From: Chlorokybus atmophyticus
Lineage: Eukaryota > Plantae > Mesostigma and Chlorokybus algae
Direction of reading: 5' to 3'
Assembly (NCBI GenBank): GCA_009103225.1
Contig: RHPI01001965.1
Coordinates: forward strand, 449,114 to 513,113
DNA: 64,000 bases
Shown: positions 9,982 through 22,319 of the stretch, piece by piece
Numbering within the stretch: the stretch's first letter is position 1
Layout of the letters: every line of letters starts with the position of its first letter
The notes under the pieces: model-generated
What the model was told of the DNA's origin: nothing
What the model saw: the letters and a program-made list of their open reading frames with translations, nothing else
The model's database searches: none
Program-made: the position numbers and the translations under genes

Positions 9982-11809
9982 CTACAGCTCCTCTCCATCA
10001 TCGCTGGTCTCGTCATTACGGAACAAAGCACCACGCGCTGGGGCCTGTGGAGGAGACGCCGGAGCTTGCTCTTCCTCCTCAAACGGTTGTGCCAGCCAAT
10101 CAAATGCCGCTTCTGCCTCAGCGAGCGGGTCACGAGCTGCTGTCTCTTGCGGCCGGCGCCGATTGGGATCTTTCAGGTATTCGACACAAGATGCAGTGCG
10201 GCGTTTCACAAGGGTGAATGGCTGGAGGGCTGCGTACCGTTGCCTCATCTCCCGCTTCATTGACATGATCATGGTGTTGATTTCGCTGAGGTACTCTTCA
10301 TGTGTGTCTATGCTGGCAGCTAGGAGAGGGTCTCCATCCTTGCCCTTTAGGATGCGCTCCACCTGCGTAGTTTACAGGCATGTCTTAGTGGCATCGAAAG
10401 CCACTATTCACTGCAACGCGTCTGCAAGCCTGTAGTTTGGGGCTACAGCGTTCCTGAATTGCTAATGATGGAGTTCAGAGTGCTCACCGTAAGCAACAGG
10501 TATGCGAGGTGGTTGACTGTCAGCTGCCGGCGATCAGGTGTAGTGACGGCGTAAGACCAGCATTGCACGATCATTTGCCAGATTATGGGATTGCCCCATT
10601 CATGGATGTATCTCCTCCGCTCCGGGTCTGCAGTGTCGGTCACCTCAAATCTCCGCCATGACTTGTCTGCGACAGTCATACCGACAAGGCATTAGTCACG
10701 AAATAGATAGTTCAAGTTGAGCCTGCACCAGGCTAGAATAGTGCCTGTGACTTACTTTGGAGCGCGTTGCGCATCTGGGCTTTTTGGGTCTCGGGGTCCA
10801 TTAGGGCGTCGATGTGCCTGATTGAATCGGTTACAATAGGCGAGATGAGTACGTGTGTATGGAGGCTGAGTAAGAAGGCAGTGTTGCATAGCAGACATGG
10901 TGGTGAGGGACCCAACTCACTTGCGCTTGTTGCTGTTAAACAGTGTCCACTTGTACTCCTTCTCAAGGACATGCTTGATCTTGGTGACGTTCTCAGACCG
11001 GACCTGCGTAGCTTTCTTCAGGGCGACACTCCAGTGGAAGGGGCACTCCTTGGGAGTCCAGTACACCTCATAGAACTTGGCCGCATCGGCCTCGTCGTCA
11101 TGGTCGAAGCCAACTACCTGTCACGGGCAGGTTGGTCAGTGTCACGGTGCAGTGCGGTCATGAAGCATTCACAGCACCTGACACATGACGTTACGAATAG
11201 TGTCCTCCTTGGGATAAACGTGGCTCTCTACCCAGTGGCCGTTTATGATTTCAACGACGGCATCTCGCAAATGCTGTCCACAGAAGAACAATCCGTTACA
11301 CACATACACACAGTGTCACAGTGTCACACAGTGCTTACCTCGTTGCCAATCTTCCACTTGCTTGGGGAAGGGTTGCTGACGGCCGAGGTTGCCACGTCAC
11401 GGCCAAATGCGTTTGGGTTGGGGGTTCCAATCGACCCTCTGCAAGCACAACCACATGAGTCATGCTGCCAGCCATGAAAGATGCAACCCTCACAGTTGCA
11501 AAAGAAGAACAACGTGCACAGTGTATCCAGAACGCATGCAGTGAGTCACTGTGCTAGTCATGATAGAAGCAAGCATCCAAGTTAGCAGTTGAGCAAGAAG
11601 CAACGTGCACAGTGCATCAAGAACGCATGCAGTCTAGCTTGCCCTTGCGACTGCGGTGTCAGGTGGAGTTGTTGTGATGTGCTGGGCGTTAGCGCGGGGT
11701 CTTGCTGCGATTGGTTGGCGACGGTTGCCTGGTTGAACACTGGGGGCAATGTGGACAACTGGCGCCGACCTCCACGACGAGGTGCACTTACGGATGGACC
11801 ACGAGGCAT
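9982..11809 (-). CDS. Multi-exon protein of unknown function (transposon accessory gene A)
   Basis: GT-AG exons join in frame: ...SKWKIGNE|HLRDAVVEIINGHWVESH...VMCQ|VVGFDHDDEAD...NSNKR|HIDALMDP...|DKSWRRFEV...HEWGNPIIWQMI...YLLLT|VERILKG...DDGEEL*; first intron uncertain. Confidence 0.7.
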
Positions 11810-12213
11810 CTCTCCAACTGATAGTCGGGTGCCGCCTGTTTAGCTGTAAGTGGCGCTGCCGCCTCCAACGCTGCCGCCGCCGGTTGGCCCGCCCGAATGT
11901 ATGAGGCGCGAAAACGAAAATGAGGCGGTTTTGAACGTCTAGAGTCCCGCACTAGAGTCGCACTTGTAGTGCGTCCTTGCTCCTATGGTTGATGGTACGA
12001 CTTATGCATTCGTGCCATGCATGCTTCGTACAACCATTGTTACCAATGGTTGTGTCGTAACATTTATGGTACGACAGAGGCATCTCTCGTCCAACCCCAG
12101 CGATTGCCGTACAATGGCTCTGTCGTACCATCCATGGTACGACAGAGGCATTGCTCGATCAGCCCAAATGGGAGTTAGCATGCACTCACCCAAACACGCT
12201 TCATTGATGGCCG

Positions 12214-15128
12214 GATGATGGCACGCAGGGGCACCAGGTCGATGACGGGTCGAATGTCAGGCTTGATGGGCCTGGGTTCGACTAGGAGGCGGAGGACCAG
12301 GAGTCGGAGGAGGCGGCGGCGGCGGCGGCGGCGGGGCACATCTTGCGAGAAGTTGTGGTCGTAAGAGTTCAAGCAGCGAAGCCAGCTACTACCGGTCGCC
12401 ACGTCATGGATCATGGCAGGCGTCAGCAATGGGGCTGTCCAACATGCATCACCAACATTGGACAAACCAGCAGGCAAGCCATTAAAGACCATCTTCACAC
12501 AGAGAGCTGCTTGGTGGCTCGCTTTCTGCAACAGGGAGTGGATCAGGAGCTGCAGTCCTTGGAGCCCCTTGTCAGAACCATGCGGGACCAGTTGCGGCTG
12601 TGGGAACAAGCACAAAGGAATGCAGAGGTACGCTCAACAGTCACATGCATTTCCTTGCAAGAGCAATTTGTTTTTTAGCGCAGTCCATGTGATATATGTA
12701 GCGTGGCTGCAGGCCTCCACTATTCACCCATACCCACCCTACAGTCAAGCCGACATTGCGGAAGCAAGAGCAGATAGACAGAGCTGGGCGGCGGTATGTT
12801 GTTGCCAATCTCGCTGTGCATGTTGACTGCAATGTCGGCTCCAATGCATGCCTACCTTTCCATGCTAGGATGTGCGTGAGCGTGCGAAGTCGCGCGCGCG
12901 TGCCGAACGAAGTAGGCTGGGTTTGAGCACAGGAGCGCGTGGCCATTCGTCCGGCATTCAACCAATAGTGCATCAACCAGCAATGACGCAGTCCATGCAA
13001 TCATTCGTGCATCAACCAGCAATGCCGCAGGTGACTGTTCGAAGCAACCAACTGATGACGGTGTGACGCAGTTGACTATTGCAATTGCAGTGTCGCAAGC
13101 ATGCAGCTAACCCACATGTGATTGGTTGACAGCACCACAGTGCACTAAGTCCTGTTGGAGCTCCTATGCAAGCCTGGATTCAATCCCATCAACTGGTCCT
13201 TCAATCCCACTTGCTGATGGGCGCGGCGGCAATGCGGCATCAGTTTAACATGCATGTTGGCCTGTTGAATCCCGACATGTCCATTGGGGCAGTGGCGCAT
13301 GATGTGCCCATGGCTCAAGAGCTCCGTGACGAGTCTGCCATCGAGGGTGGCGGGGAGAGTGCAGCCAATACCACCTTGTCAGCCCCCATGGCTTCCCCTG
13401 CTCCATGCAGCCCACGGGCCATTGAGGTAAGTCGCTGTCTTTTATGCTCGTGCCTTGGTAACAATGCGTCAGGCACTGCATAAGCTTATATTCGTCCTTT
13501 GCAACATTGTGAGCCATCTTATCCTGGGTCCTGTATACAGCCCCCCTTGCTGCATGCACAAGTGGTCTCACCTGCAGCTCCTGCTCCCCTCCCAGCCAGA
13601 GCGCAACCACCTTCCGCGGCACCAGTCCTTCGTGCACTGCCATCTCCTCCACGAGCAGCACCGGTGATTGCGGGGCAACAATCCTTCTTGCCGCCACCGG
13701 CGAGACCACAGCACAATGCAACAACCGATGTGGCTTCTGCACCTACCTTACCCCACCCGCTGCAAGTTGAAGCCGGCAGTCTGCCCCAAACTCAGGTACT
13801 TTATCAGTCACTGTGACTCTTGCCGTCCACAGTTGGACACACCATGTGAGTGCTGTATGCGCATGCAGCAGGGGTCACCACCTGCCAGCGAGTCATCAGA
13901 GGAGCTGGCCGCAACCCGCATACGGCCATCAGTCATGCTAGGTGGCCAGCTCGCCTCATGGGACCACTTCAATGCGCCAACGGATGGTAATTGCTTCTAC
14001 CATTGTGTATTTCGCGCCAGGCCATCCATAGCGCAAAGTGTCCTGGATGATCACAAGTGCCCCAGCTCGAGCAGATTTTGGGCCATGCTGGACACCATGG
14101 ACGACGACGGCAGGGGGCACACTCTCCGCAAAATCACCGCCAAGGCTGTCGATGCAGGCGTGGCGAGCAGAATCCTAGACTTCTGCAGAGCCACTGGTGC
14201 CGCGGGAGAGATGGCGCAGTATTACGACAAACTGCCTGCGACCATGTTGGCTGATATCAACTGCAACATTGACCTAGCCATGGCCAAGGTGCGACAGATC
14301 GTGCGGAGAAAAGATGTGTACGTCGAGCACCTGCAGATGACCATGTTTGCCAACAAGCTGGGCTTGTTGATTGGCTGCGTGACCGTTCAGCGCGAGCATG
14401 GGGAGTGGGTGCCACGGCCCGGCAGCGCAGTTTGGGTTGGAAATAAAGAAGCCCCCAACTCAGTCCTGGTGGTGGGCAACACTGCTCCTGATGAGCCAGA
14501 AGCACACTTTTGGCTCCTCAAGCCTGCAAGCACCGAACAGTGGTCGTGGCCTATGCATGAAGTGCCACCGGAGGTAACACACCTGATCGGAGAGTGGCGG
14601 CATGGCGTTGCCAATTCCCCGCTACCACCGGCTGTGACCCAGAGTGCTGCGCCAACGCCTCAGGCCTCGCCTTCGTGTGCTAGGCAAGAAGTAGCCGAGT
14701 GTTCTGCACATCCTGCCTCCCCTCAACCACAGCCACATGCTCGCAATCCCAATTCAGCACCCTCCCTTCCTGCCGCGGAGACTCACTTGCCACCGCACTC
14801 TGACCATCCGGAGGCATCTCCATCAAGAAGCAGCTGTAGCTCGCCCTCTCCCTCTAAGCTTGCCACATTGATCCCAGCCTGTCTTGTTGGTAAAGAGATT
14901 GATCGAGGTGTCCTGAAAGCTGCGCTGAAAGACAAAGGCTTCATGCTCGACCTCATGAAGCAACATGAGGTCGTGGAGGAACGGGAGGCAACCAACAAGC
15001 GCAAGGCTGTGGAGCAAGAAGATAACGCCTTACCTCCTCTGAGTGACAGTGCCACGGAGAGCGCCTGCCAGGATGTGCAGGGTGACAAAAAAAAAATAAA
15101 AGAAGGTTGTTGGAACAAAGGACGCTGA
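12214..15128 (+). CDS. Multi-exon gene B: C2H2/U1-like Zn finger, Pro-rich region and OTU-like cysteine protease; 5' end appears disrupted
   Basis: WGCPTC...KDHLHTESC; OTU motifs APTDGNCFYHCV and AHFWLL; in-frame TAG near 12283. Confidence 0.72.
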
Positions 15129-15241
15129 CAGGACCAAAAAAGGAAAGGTGAGGCATCGTTACAACATTAGAAGAAGCGCAGCGCCTCGAAGCCTCACTGG
15201 GGCTGACTGTGTGTCCTGAGTAGGCACAGGCGGGTTTACAG

Positions 15242-16258
15242 CGTCAAGTGGCTGCTCAGCATCGTCCAGAGAGACAGCCGGTGCGGCACGAGCTGCCTAA
15301 GCTCAAAGCACCGACGCGCAGACGCTTTGGGGGGCTGACTCGTAGTGCAAAGGAGTTGATCACCCTACAGTACGCCCAAGACGCGCTGCATCACCGCATG
15401 CGGCATGCCTCGAGGTGGGTGACGAAAGTTTGCAATAAGTGGGAGCAAACGCGGAGAATGCGGTCTAAACAGACCTCTGGGGATTGGCCGTGGTTGGAAC
15501 CCACACACGATATGGCCATCCGTAGTACGTTGTTGCCCCTCGCCGTCCTCGATATGATGGTGTTGTTGCTGCCGCAGCACCCCGGCAATGTGCAAGAGCT
15601 ATCTGCGGAGCAGAACTTCGACCTGCTGCAGCAGATGTACCTGTCGATGTCGACTAATGCGGGTCGAGATGTGTGCCACTACCTGAGCAAACATACTGGG
15701 TGGCAAGTAAAACCATTCGAGCTGTACTTGGCATGCTTTGGCTGGCAGTGGCTGTATGTCATACGGCACGTCGAGCTGATTCTGTGGAAGCTCGAAGAAA
15801 ATGACGATGCGGGGGAGTACACGAGTGACGACAGCCATGTCGAGGGCCTGGATGAACGCATGCTGGACGAGACCACCAAGACCAGCAGGTGGTGTATGGC
15901 GGCAGATGGGCGTCAGGTGATCGAGCAGGCAGTGGAGCGTTATGCTGCGCCATTCAGATGGGAGTCGCTACGCCTGCAACGCGATAACAGAGTTTGGTGG
16001 CAGAGGCAGCTTGCACACCCGCGTGCACCATGTGTGCTGATTTGTCGCATTGAAGAGCCACCCCCCCCAGCGGATGGGGAGACGCCCTGTTGCAAGAAAG
16101 CGATGTGCCATGTCTGCATCATAGCACATCAGAAGACTGTGGCAAATAAATCAAAGAATCTACAAGCGTGTCCATTCTGCAAGCAACCTCACCCGTTTTG
16201 GTCGCCACGCCTGATGCAAGACGCCAACGTGTCGGCGGTGATTTGGCCCCCGCCTTGA
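15242..16258 (+). CDS. Exon/ORF ending in a RING-like Zn finger (probably the 3' part of gene B)
   Basis: CVLIC...PCCKKAMCHVC...CPFCK; acceptor TTTACAG at 15241 and donor AAG|GTGAGG near 15148. Confidence 0.7.
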   Translation, partial: RQVAAQHRPERQPVRHELPKLKAPTRRRFGGLTRSAKELITLQYAQDALHHRMRHASRWVTKVCNKWEQTRRMRSKQTSGDWPWLEPTHDMAIRSTLLPLAVLDMMVLLLPQHPGNVQELSAEQNFDLLQQMYLSMSTNAGRDVCHYLSKHTGWQVKPFELYLACFGWQWLYVIRHVELILWKLEENDDAGEYTSDDSHVEGLDERMLDETTKTSRWCMAADGRQVIEQAVERYAAPFRWESLRLQRDNRVWWQRQLAHPRAPCVLICRIEEPPPPADGETPCCKKAMCHVCIIAHQKTVANKSKNLQACPFCKQPHPFWSPRLMQDANVSAVIWPPP

Positions 16259-16650
16259 TGCCAATTGTGCATGTATTGTAGTTTTGTGTTGGCTTCCTGT
16301 GAACCATGTAGGTACATGTATAGTTGCAGCATGGTGCATGGTGCACCAGAGATCTGCTGTTGTTAGAAGCATTGGCTGTACATGTGTATGATGACTGCCC
16401 GGCGCATGAGTCAGTGCATGGCTTGCATACCTCGCTGGTTTAGAGCGTGGTTGACAGCAACAAACTCGGACAGCGCTCTGGGTTCCATGGCATGACAGCA
16501 CAGTATTACTCTACGATCGTGGTAGTATGCGAGTATCCTTGTACTGTAGTACCATTAACAGATAGAGTACCATTCATGTTGATGTAGTACCATGCATGGT
16601 ACTGCAATAGCGTATAAGGTACAGTCGTGCTTCACTTGAAGTTTGACCCA

Positions 16651-16698
16651 TTTAGGGTTCGTAAGCTGGCAACCCTAAATTGATGCCCATACCCTAAA
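16651..16698. promoter_or_regulatory. Telo-box-like motifs upstream of the methyltransferase gene
   Basis: TTTAGGGTT (16651) / AACCCTAAA (16671) inverted pair plus ACCCTAAA (16691). Confidence 0.45.
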
Positions 16699-16741
16699 GT
16701 CTCGCTCAGTTTGTGGGCAGCCGTGCCGATTCCTATTTTGC

Positions 16742-18470
16742 ATGATGTCGGCGGCAGCAGTTGAATCACCCTCACCTAGGAGACCATGCTTGGTGTGCCC
16801 ACAATGCAATGCGTACGTATGTGCCAATGGCCGTAGGCAGCAAATGCGAGCACACTTGACCGAATGCCAGCGAGTGCAGACAGTGTGCCACGGTTTTAGT
16901 GCTGCTTGCTGGCATCACACCACACACAATGTCGACGTGTTTGGCTGCCGCCTCGGCCAAGTGCTGTGCAAGGAACCCGAGTTTTTCCATTGCGTGCAGT
17001 GCGTGTGCGAATCGTGCTCGCGCTCATGCTTCGAGTGGCGAGGGGAACCCATGCGCTTCTTCACATGGACAACACCGGGACATGTGGTTAGTGGACAGGT
17101 GGTGGATGCTGTGGAGGTAATCCACAAGAGTGGACCGCGACGTATCACTGCATGTTATGTTGGGCGTATGCTTATTTCATGCATGTTGAAGCTGTTGTCG
17201 CATTCAGAGCAGTCTTGCACGGTGTGGGCGTGGGCAGTTCCATCCCCTGGCCGCTGTAGAGGAGGCAGACCATCGACCGTTGGACAGCGCACTGCATCGG
17301 CTGCGGAACGCAGTTAAGTTGGGATGCGAGCAGCTGATCGGTGTGAGTGTCATGGTGCATTGGCCGCTGGATGGGGAATGGTATGCGGGCGTTGTGGAAT
17401 CATTCAAGCAAGCGTCAGGTCAGCATCGCTTCGTGGCGTGCGAGATTGAGGACGCATCATATATGCATGGTGCAATGGAAAATGTCTTTGCAGGGCAGCA
17501 CCGTATAGTATTCGATGACGGTGATCGACCACAAACCATCAACTTCAAAGGGCACAACGTATTCGCGTACACATCAGTTGACGGGGCACGCCATGTTCTG
17601 CGCGCCGGAGGGGAGAACGTCAGTCGCAAAGTAAGCCCGGACGGCATCATTGTTAGTCCCTGGCCAGCACCACGGCCAGCCTTGACCACATACACGCCAT
17701 TTGACAACAAGCTGGGACGCACACGCAGACCAAGGGCACTCGACCTATTCTGCGGCGGTGGCGGTGCCAGTGTCGGTCTATACCACGCAGGCTTTGACGT
17801 GACCGGGATGGACATAAGTCCCTCCTCTGAGTACCCGCTGCCCTTCATACACCGCGATGTATGCACCCTGAGTGCAGGAGAGCTGAGCGAGTACGAGCTC
17901 ATCTGGGCCAGTCCACCATGCCAGGCCTATTCAGGTGCTATCCCGGCACCTCAACGGGCGGCACATGGCACATCCTGGAGACACCAGGATATGATACCGC
18001 TCGTCCGACGTCTGCTGCTTGCAAGCCAGGTCAAGTTTGTGATTGAGAATGTGCCAGGAGCAGCTTCCTCATTCAGACCCAATCTGTCCCTTTGTGGCAC
18101 GATGTTTGGCCTATCAACTTTCCGACACCGTCTGTTTGAGACACAGCCAGTGGTAGCTACCCCACCAGCACGCTGCTCGCACGCGGGCAAGGCAGTTGGA
18201 CTGCTATCGCCGCACCTGTCCGCTAGCGCGAAGAAGACAATCGTGACATCAAACGCGCCACAGCAGATGTACCCGGTCTATGGCCTTCCAAGCACCAGGG
18301 GCGGCATTGCTGCGTGGCAAACAGCGCTGGGAGTGCCATGGATGACCTCGGCCGTTTCCATAGCGAATGCAGTTCCTCCCGCAATGGCGGAGTGCATAGG
18401 GCGTCTCATGCTTGAAACAATGGATATGCGCTGTGACTACCCTCCTGTGTCATGGAACTATGAGGCTTGA
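16742..18470 (+). CDS. Tudor-domain plus C5 cytosine DNA methyltransferase fusion (N-terminal Cys/His-rich exons likely)
   Basis: Tudor pattern LIGVSVMVHWPLDGEWYAGVVESF...HRIVFDDGD after removing intron 17419-17493; MTase motifs I LDLFCGGGG, IV SPPCQAYS, VI VIENVPG, VIII FRHRLFE, X NAVPPAMAECIG; no stops in 17280-18470. Confidence 0.9.
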
Positions 18471-18673
18471 GTGTGGTGCACTGTATTGATGCTTAATGCC
18501 ACACGGCGGACTGATTGTTGAATGTTGCATGGATCATTCGATTGTGGTGACAGTTGTGCAGTGACAGCTGCCCGGTATTGTACACGTCCACATGCAAAAG
18601 TCTTAGCATACGATTAGCAATGCCTAACTGACTGATATGCTCCAAACTCAGAGTAGTGAGACAAGTACATGTG

Positions 18674-21600
18674 TCACGTGGAAGTGCAGTGAACGTTCAC
18701 CCAATACTTGCCCTCTTGTACACGGGCGCTGTCCTTGTCAAACATGGGGAGCAGCTGGACAATGCCTTTTACTTGCTCCAGAGTCACGACATCGAGATGT
18801 GGACCGCCTCGACGCTTTTCCCATTCCAGAGCGATGCACTTTGTGTCGCTCGTCACATCCAGCTTCGTGTACCAGCGGACAAACACGACCTCCTTCCACA
18901 CGCGCTCGCCGCTACCACCCCACACCACCACGCGCAGAAAAAGGAGTGCCTGAGCCCACCACGTCACGTTCACACCGTCCTCATCACCTTCCAACTCAAG
19001 TGTAGAGAACCAAGGCCGCCCATGGAACATCCCAGTTGCGCGCGCCATGCTGACTCCTGATGTCATGTACACCGCTGCGCCTCCGTTCACCACGCGAACA
19101 GCACGCCACCCGTCGGCCAACTCCAGTTGTTCCCTCCTCAACCAGCTGTCCAGGGTGGCAGGCAGCTTGTCGGCAAATGGAGTCTTCAAGGCGACTTGGC
19201 GGCTACGCGCAGATCCGCTCCAGTACGGGCTGGACTCCCTCCTTGTCAGCACATCCATCCGTAGCAACTTGTCCGTCTTCTCCATGACATTACAGCACTG
19301 CTGCCGCGCCTGCGCCATGACCGAGCGCATCTCGGGATCCACGACCATGCCATCCTCTCTCACATATTCCGCACAGCTCCATGCCTTCAGGATACGTGCC
19401 TGGTAGTCCCGGTTGTTGCCACCACGCGCCCACCGTTTGATATTTTGGGCGTGCGTCTGCTCCATGCGGTTGGCGCTGAACCAATCTGGGTGTCCACTGC
19501 TGACAATTGCCGGCCCAAAATGAGTGAGCTGATGCATCTTCTCGATCTTCCAACCTGACTTCTGTGCAGAATATGACGACAGTAGCGGATGCAACACTGC
19601 AGCTTTGAAGGCAGCCAGCTCGTTGTCGGCTGTGGTCAGGGTCTCTCTTGTGTGTTCATGCGCCTTCAGCAACTTCTTGTTCCACTGGGCAAGCGATGCG
19701 GCAGCAATGGTGAAGAAATCGTTGCCCTCACTGTCGAGCAGCAAACCGTCTGCGAGGACCGGCAGCAGCTGCAGCACCGCCACTTTCTCCACCACCTGAA
19801 AGGAGTGGTCGGACAGGAAGAAATCTACTGTGCTTGTGGGTGCCTTGAAGTGCGAAACCCGCAGAGTCGCCTTGCATGCATTCAGCCTGTGCACATCTGC
19901 TCGTGAGCACGTGTTGTTGGCTTTTGTGTTCAACACAAAAGCAACACCAAAGACGTGCCTGGCCTGCAGAATCTGTCTCGTGGATGGACGCATTCGTTCC
20001 TTCGCGGCGTCGTACACAGCAGCAAGCAGGTGGTCAATGATGCCTCCCAGCACATGCATTGCGTCAGGGGCAAGACGAGAGTAGCAGTCAGCTCCCGGCA
20101 CCCGCGACTGTCGCCAACCCCACAGTGCATTCTGTTGCCAAACCACATTGCCTGGTTTCACGGAAAGCCATTCATCCTCACGAATGCCGGTAATTTGACC
20201 ATTACCTCCTCGACATGCATGGAGTGCTGCTCTTTGAAAGCCTTGGCTGTCTGGCGTGCATTCCTAACACCGCTATGCAGGTCCGCCCGCAGCTGACGTA
20301 TTGCTGGTGTGTAGAAGGCCTCGGTTCTCAATTCCCGGTCCTCATCCATCTCCAACAGATCTGATTTGGTGACGAGACAAACATCGCAAGGATGTCGTGT
20401 TTGGTTGCCCGACACAGTGCGTGCGAGTGTGGCAGTCTCCTACAACACGACAAACTCAGATGTTCTACTGACAACATCCTCCATGCACTGTTTGCTGGCG
20501 GGCTGCATCCGGTTACAACCATTCATGCCCACTACCTGCAAATCGCTGATGTAGTTGGCAAGCGCGGGAAACACACGACGCTCGATGCCATTCGGGTCGA
20601 TGAGCTGCAGACCTTCCCAACTCGCCCGCTTCACATCCCCTAACACTACATTCAAAGCGTCATGAAAAATCTCACGTTTCCGAATGGAGAACGATTCCTT
20701 GCCCTGCGCCCAGGTGGGATGCCCGGCCACTGCGTGAACCACCGGCAGAAGCGCTATCATAACAACCCCCATGTTGCTAGCATACATGTCCCAACTGTAG
20801 TTGGCAAGCGATGCCATCAGAGGGTAGCCAGAGCGCTTGCCCGCGCTGTCCAGCGTGGTCTTGTCACTGTACAGAATGGCAGGCGCCAAGTAGGACGCTT
20901 CCCCCACCTCTCTCCTCAAATCCACCTCCACATCCTTCCACCAATCGCCCGTGGAAGGATGGCCAAAGCTGTGCTCGTCACCAGTGTACTGGAGATTGAA
21001 GCCATTGGCGGCATGTGGATTGCCATACAACCGCGCGAGCCATACCTGCTCCGACCAAGAGCATTACTTACTATGCTGGCCTCAGAATAGATACTGCATC
21101 GATACTGCATTAGGTACTGCATTTCACAGACCTTGGCCGGCATATATGTGACGCAGATGTCCTGATCCTCAGGGTCTCCAGGCTTGCGCAGGTCAGCCGT
21201 CACGTAGTTCTGATACGGCAGCACACTCGCATGTGCATATGTGACATGGCTCTGATGGTTGAAGCACATGCACCGCACACCGTGAACACACCTCAGACTG
21301 AGAGAAAGCAATCGTGGTCCGGAGGTAGCTGGCCGCATGCACACCGGTCTCCCACTGGAGCTCTTCCGTCAGGAAGTGTGCATTTCGGATGCACTTGATG
21401 ATCCGCCCCATGTCGGAGGCCGACAGGCCTTGGCCGTTGTTGCACTGCACGAATGCCACTGCAAGAGCATGCTCCGAGCCATACCACCTGGATTCCGACG
21501 CGTGCGAAGGGACGCCTCCACTTCCATGTTGGCGTGCCACAGGTTTCTCAGGCACACGCACACATCGAAAGCCCTCGTTCACTTCCTCCTCCTCCTGTTG

Positions 21601-21816
21601 CTGCTGTGCGTGTGTCTCCTGAAGGAATCCTTCAGCATCAAGCATGTGAGCATCCTGGATCGAACTCCCCGGTTCAACATGACCCGCATCGTACTGTAAT
21701 GGACGCTGGCCGACATACAGCTTGATCTGCTTGCACACCCTGCTGCTAATAATGTGCATGTAGACCGAGCTGCGTGTGGCGAAGCGCATGTGGCAATACG
21801 GACAAAGGACTCCCAT
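18674..21816 (-). CDS. Plavaka-family transposase, spliced, apparently intact
   Basis: N-terminal C2H2 (CPYCH...HIISSRVC); exons join to give AILYSDKTTLD...YPLMASLAN, ISDLQ|ETATLARTVSG...PCDVC, HVEE|NALWGW...APDAMH and FSANRMEQTH, the D-D-H-E pattern of Plavaka transposases. Confidence 0.85.
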
Positions 21817-22319
21817 ATCTCACTACTAACGTCGACACAGGTGTCGCCAATGTAACCTGCATCATATCCAGCAACACGCACACCCGCCGCCGCCGCCGCC
21901 ACCGCCACCGCTACCGCTACCCTTGCATGCCAGAGGCGGGAAACTTGGCCGCCAGTCACTGGCTCCGTCGTACCATTATAATGGTACGAACGAGCCATTG
22001 CACGTCCAGGGTGAGTCTCTGGATATTTTTATATACATATATATTCTGATTGAACCGTTTCAATGGTACGAAGATGCCTTTGCCAAAAGGTCTAGGCATT
22101 GTACAAAGGTACCATTGAAATGGTACCTTTGTACAATGGCAATGGCAGTTCGTACCATTGACAACTCTGGCAATGTCAGTCCCCCTGCGCATGAAAACAC
22201 CATTGATAGCTCCGCCAAGCTATGCCCTTACAGGGGCGTGATGCCGAGGGTATGTGGCGTTTGGAAGATCGTTGGCGGCGCTGCCAGGGGCGTAGTGGGC
22301 ATTGTGGTCGAGGTCCGGG

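Noticed and set aside
10767-11477. 236-aa plus-strand ORF and other long antisense ORFs in GC-rich exons
   Set aside because: Shadows of minus-strand spliced genes
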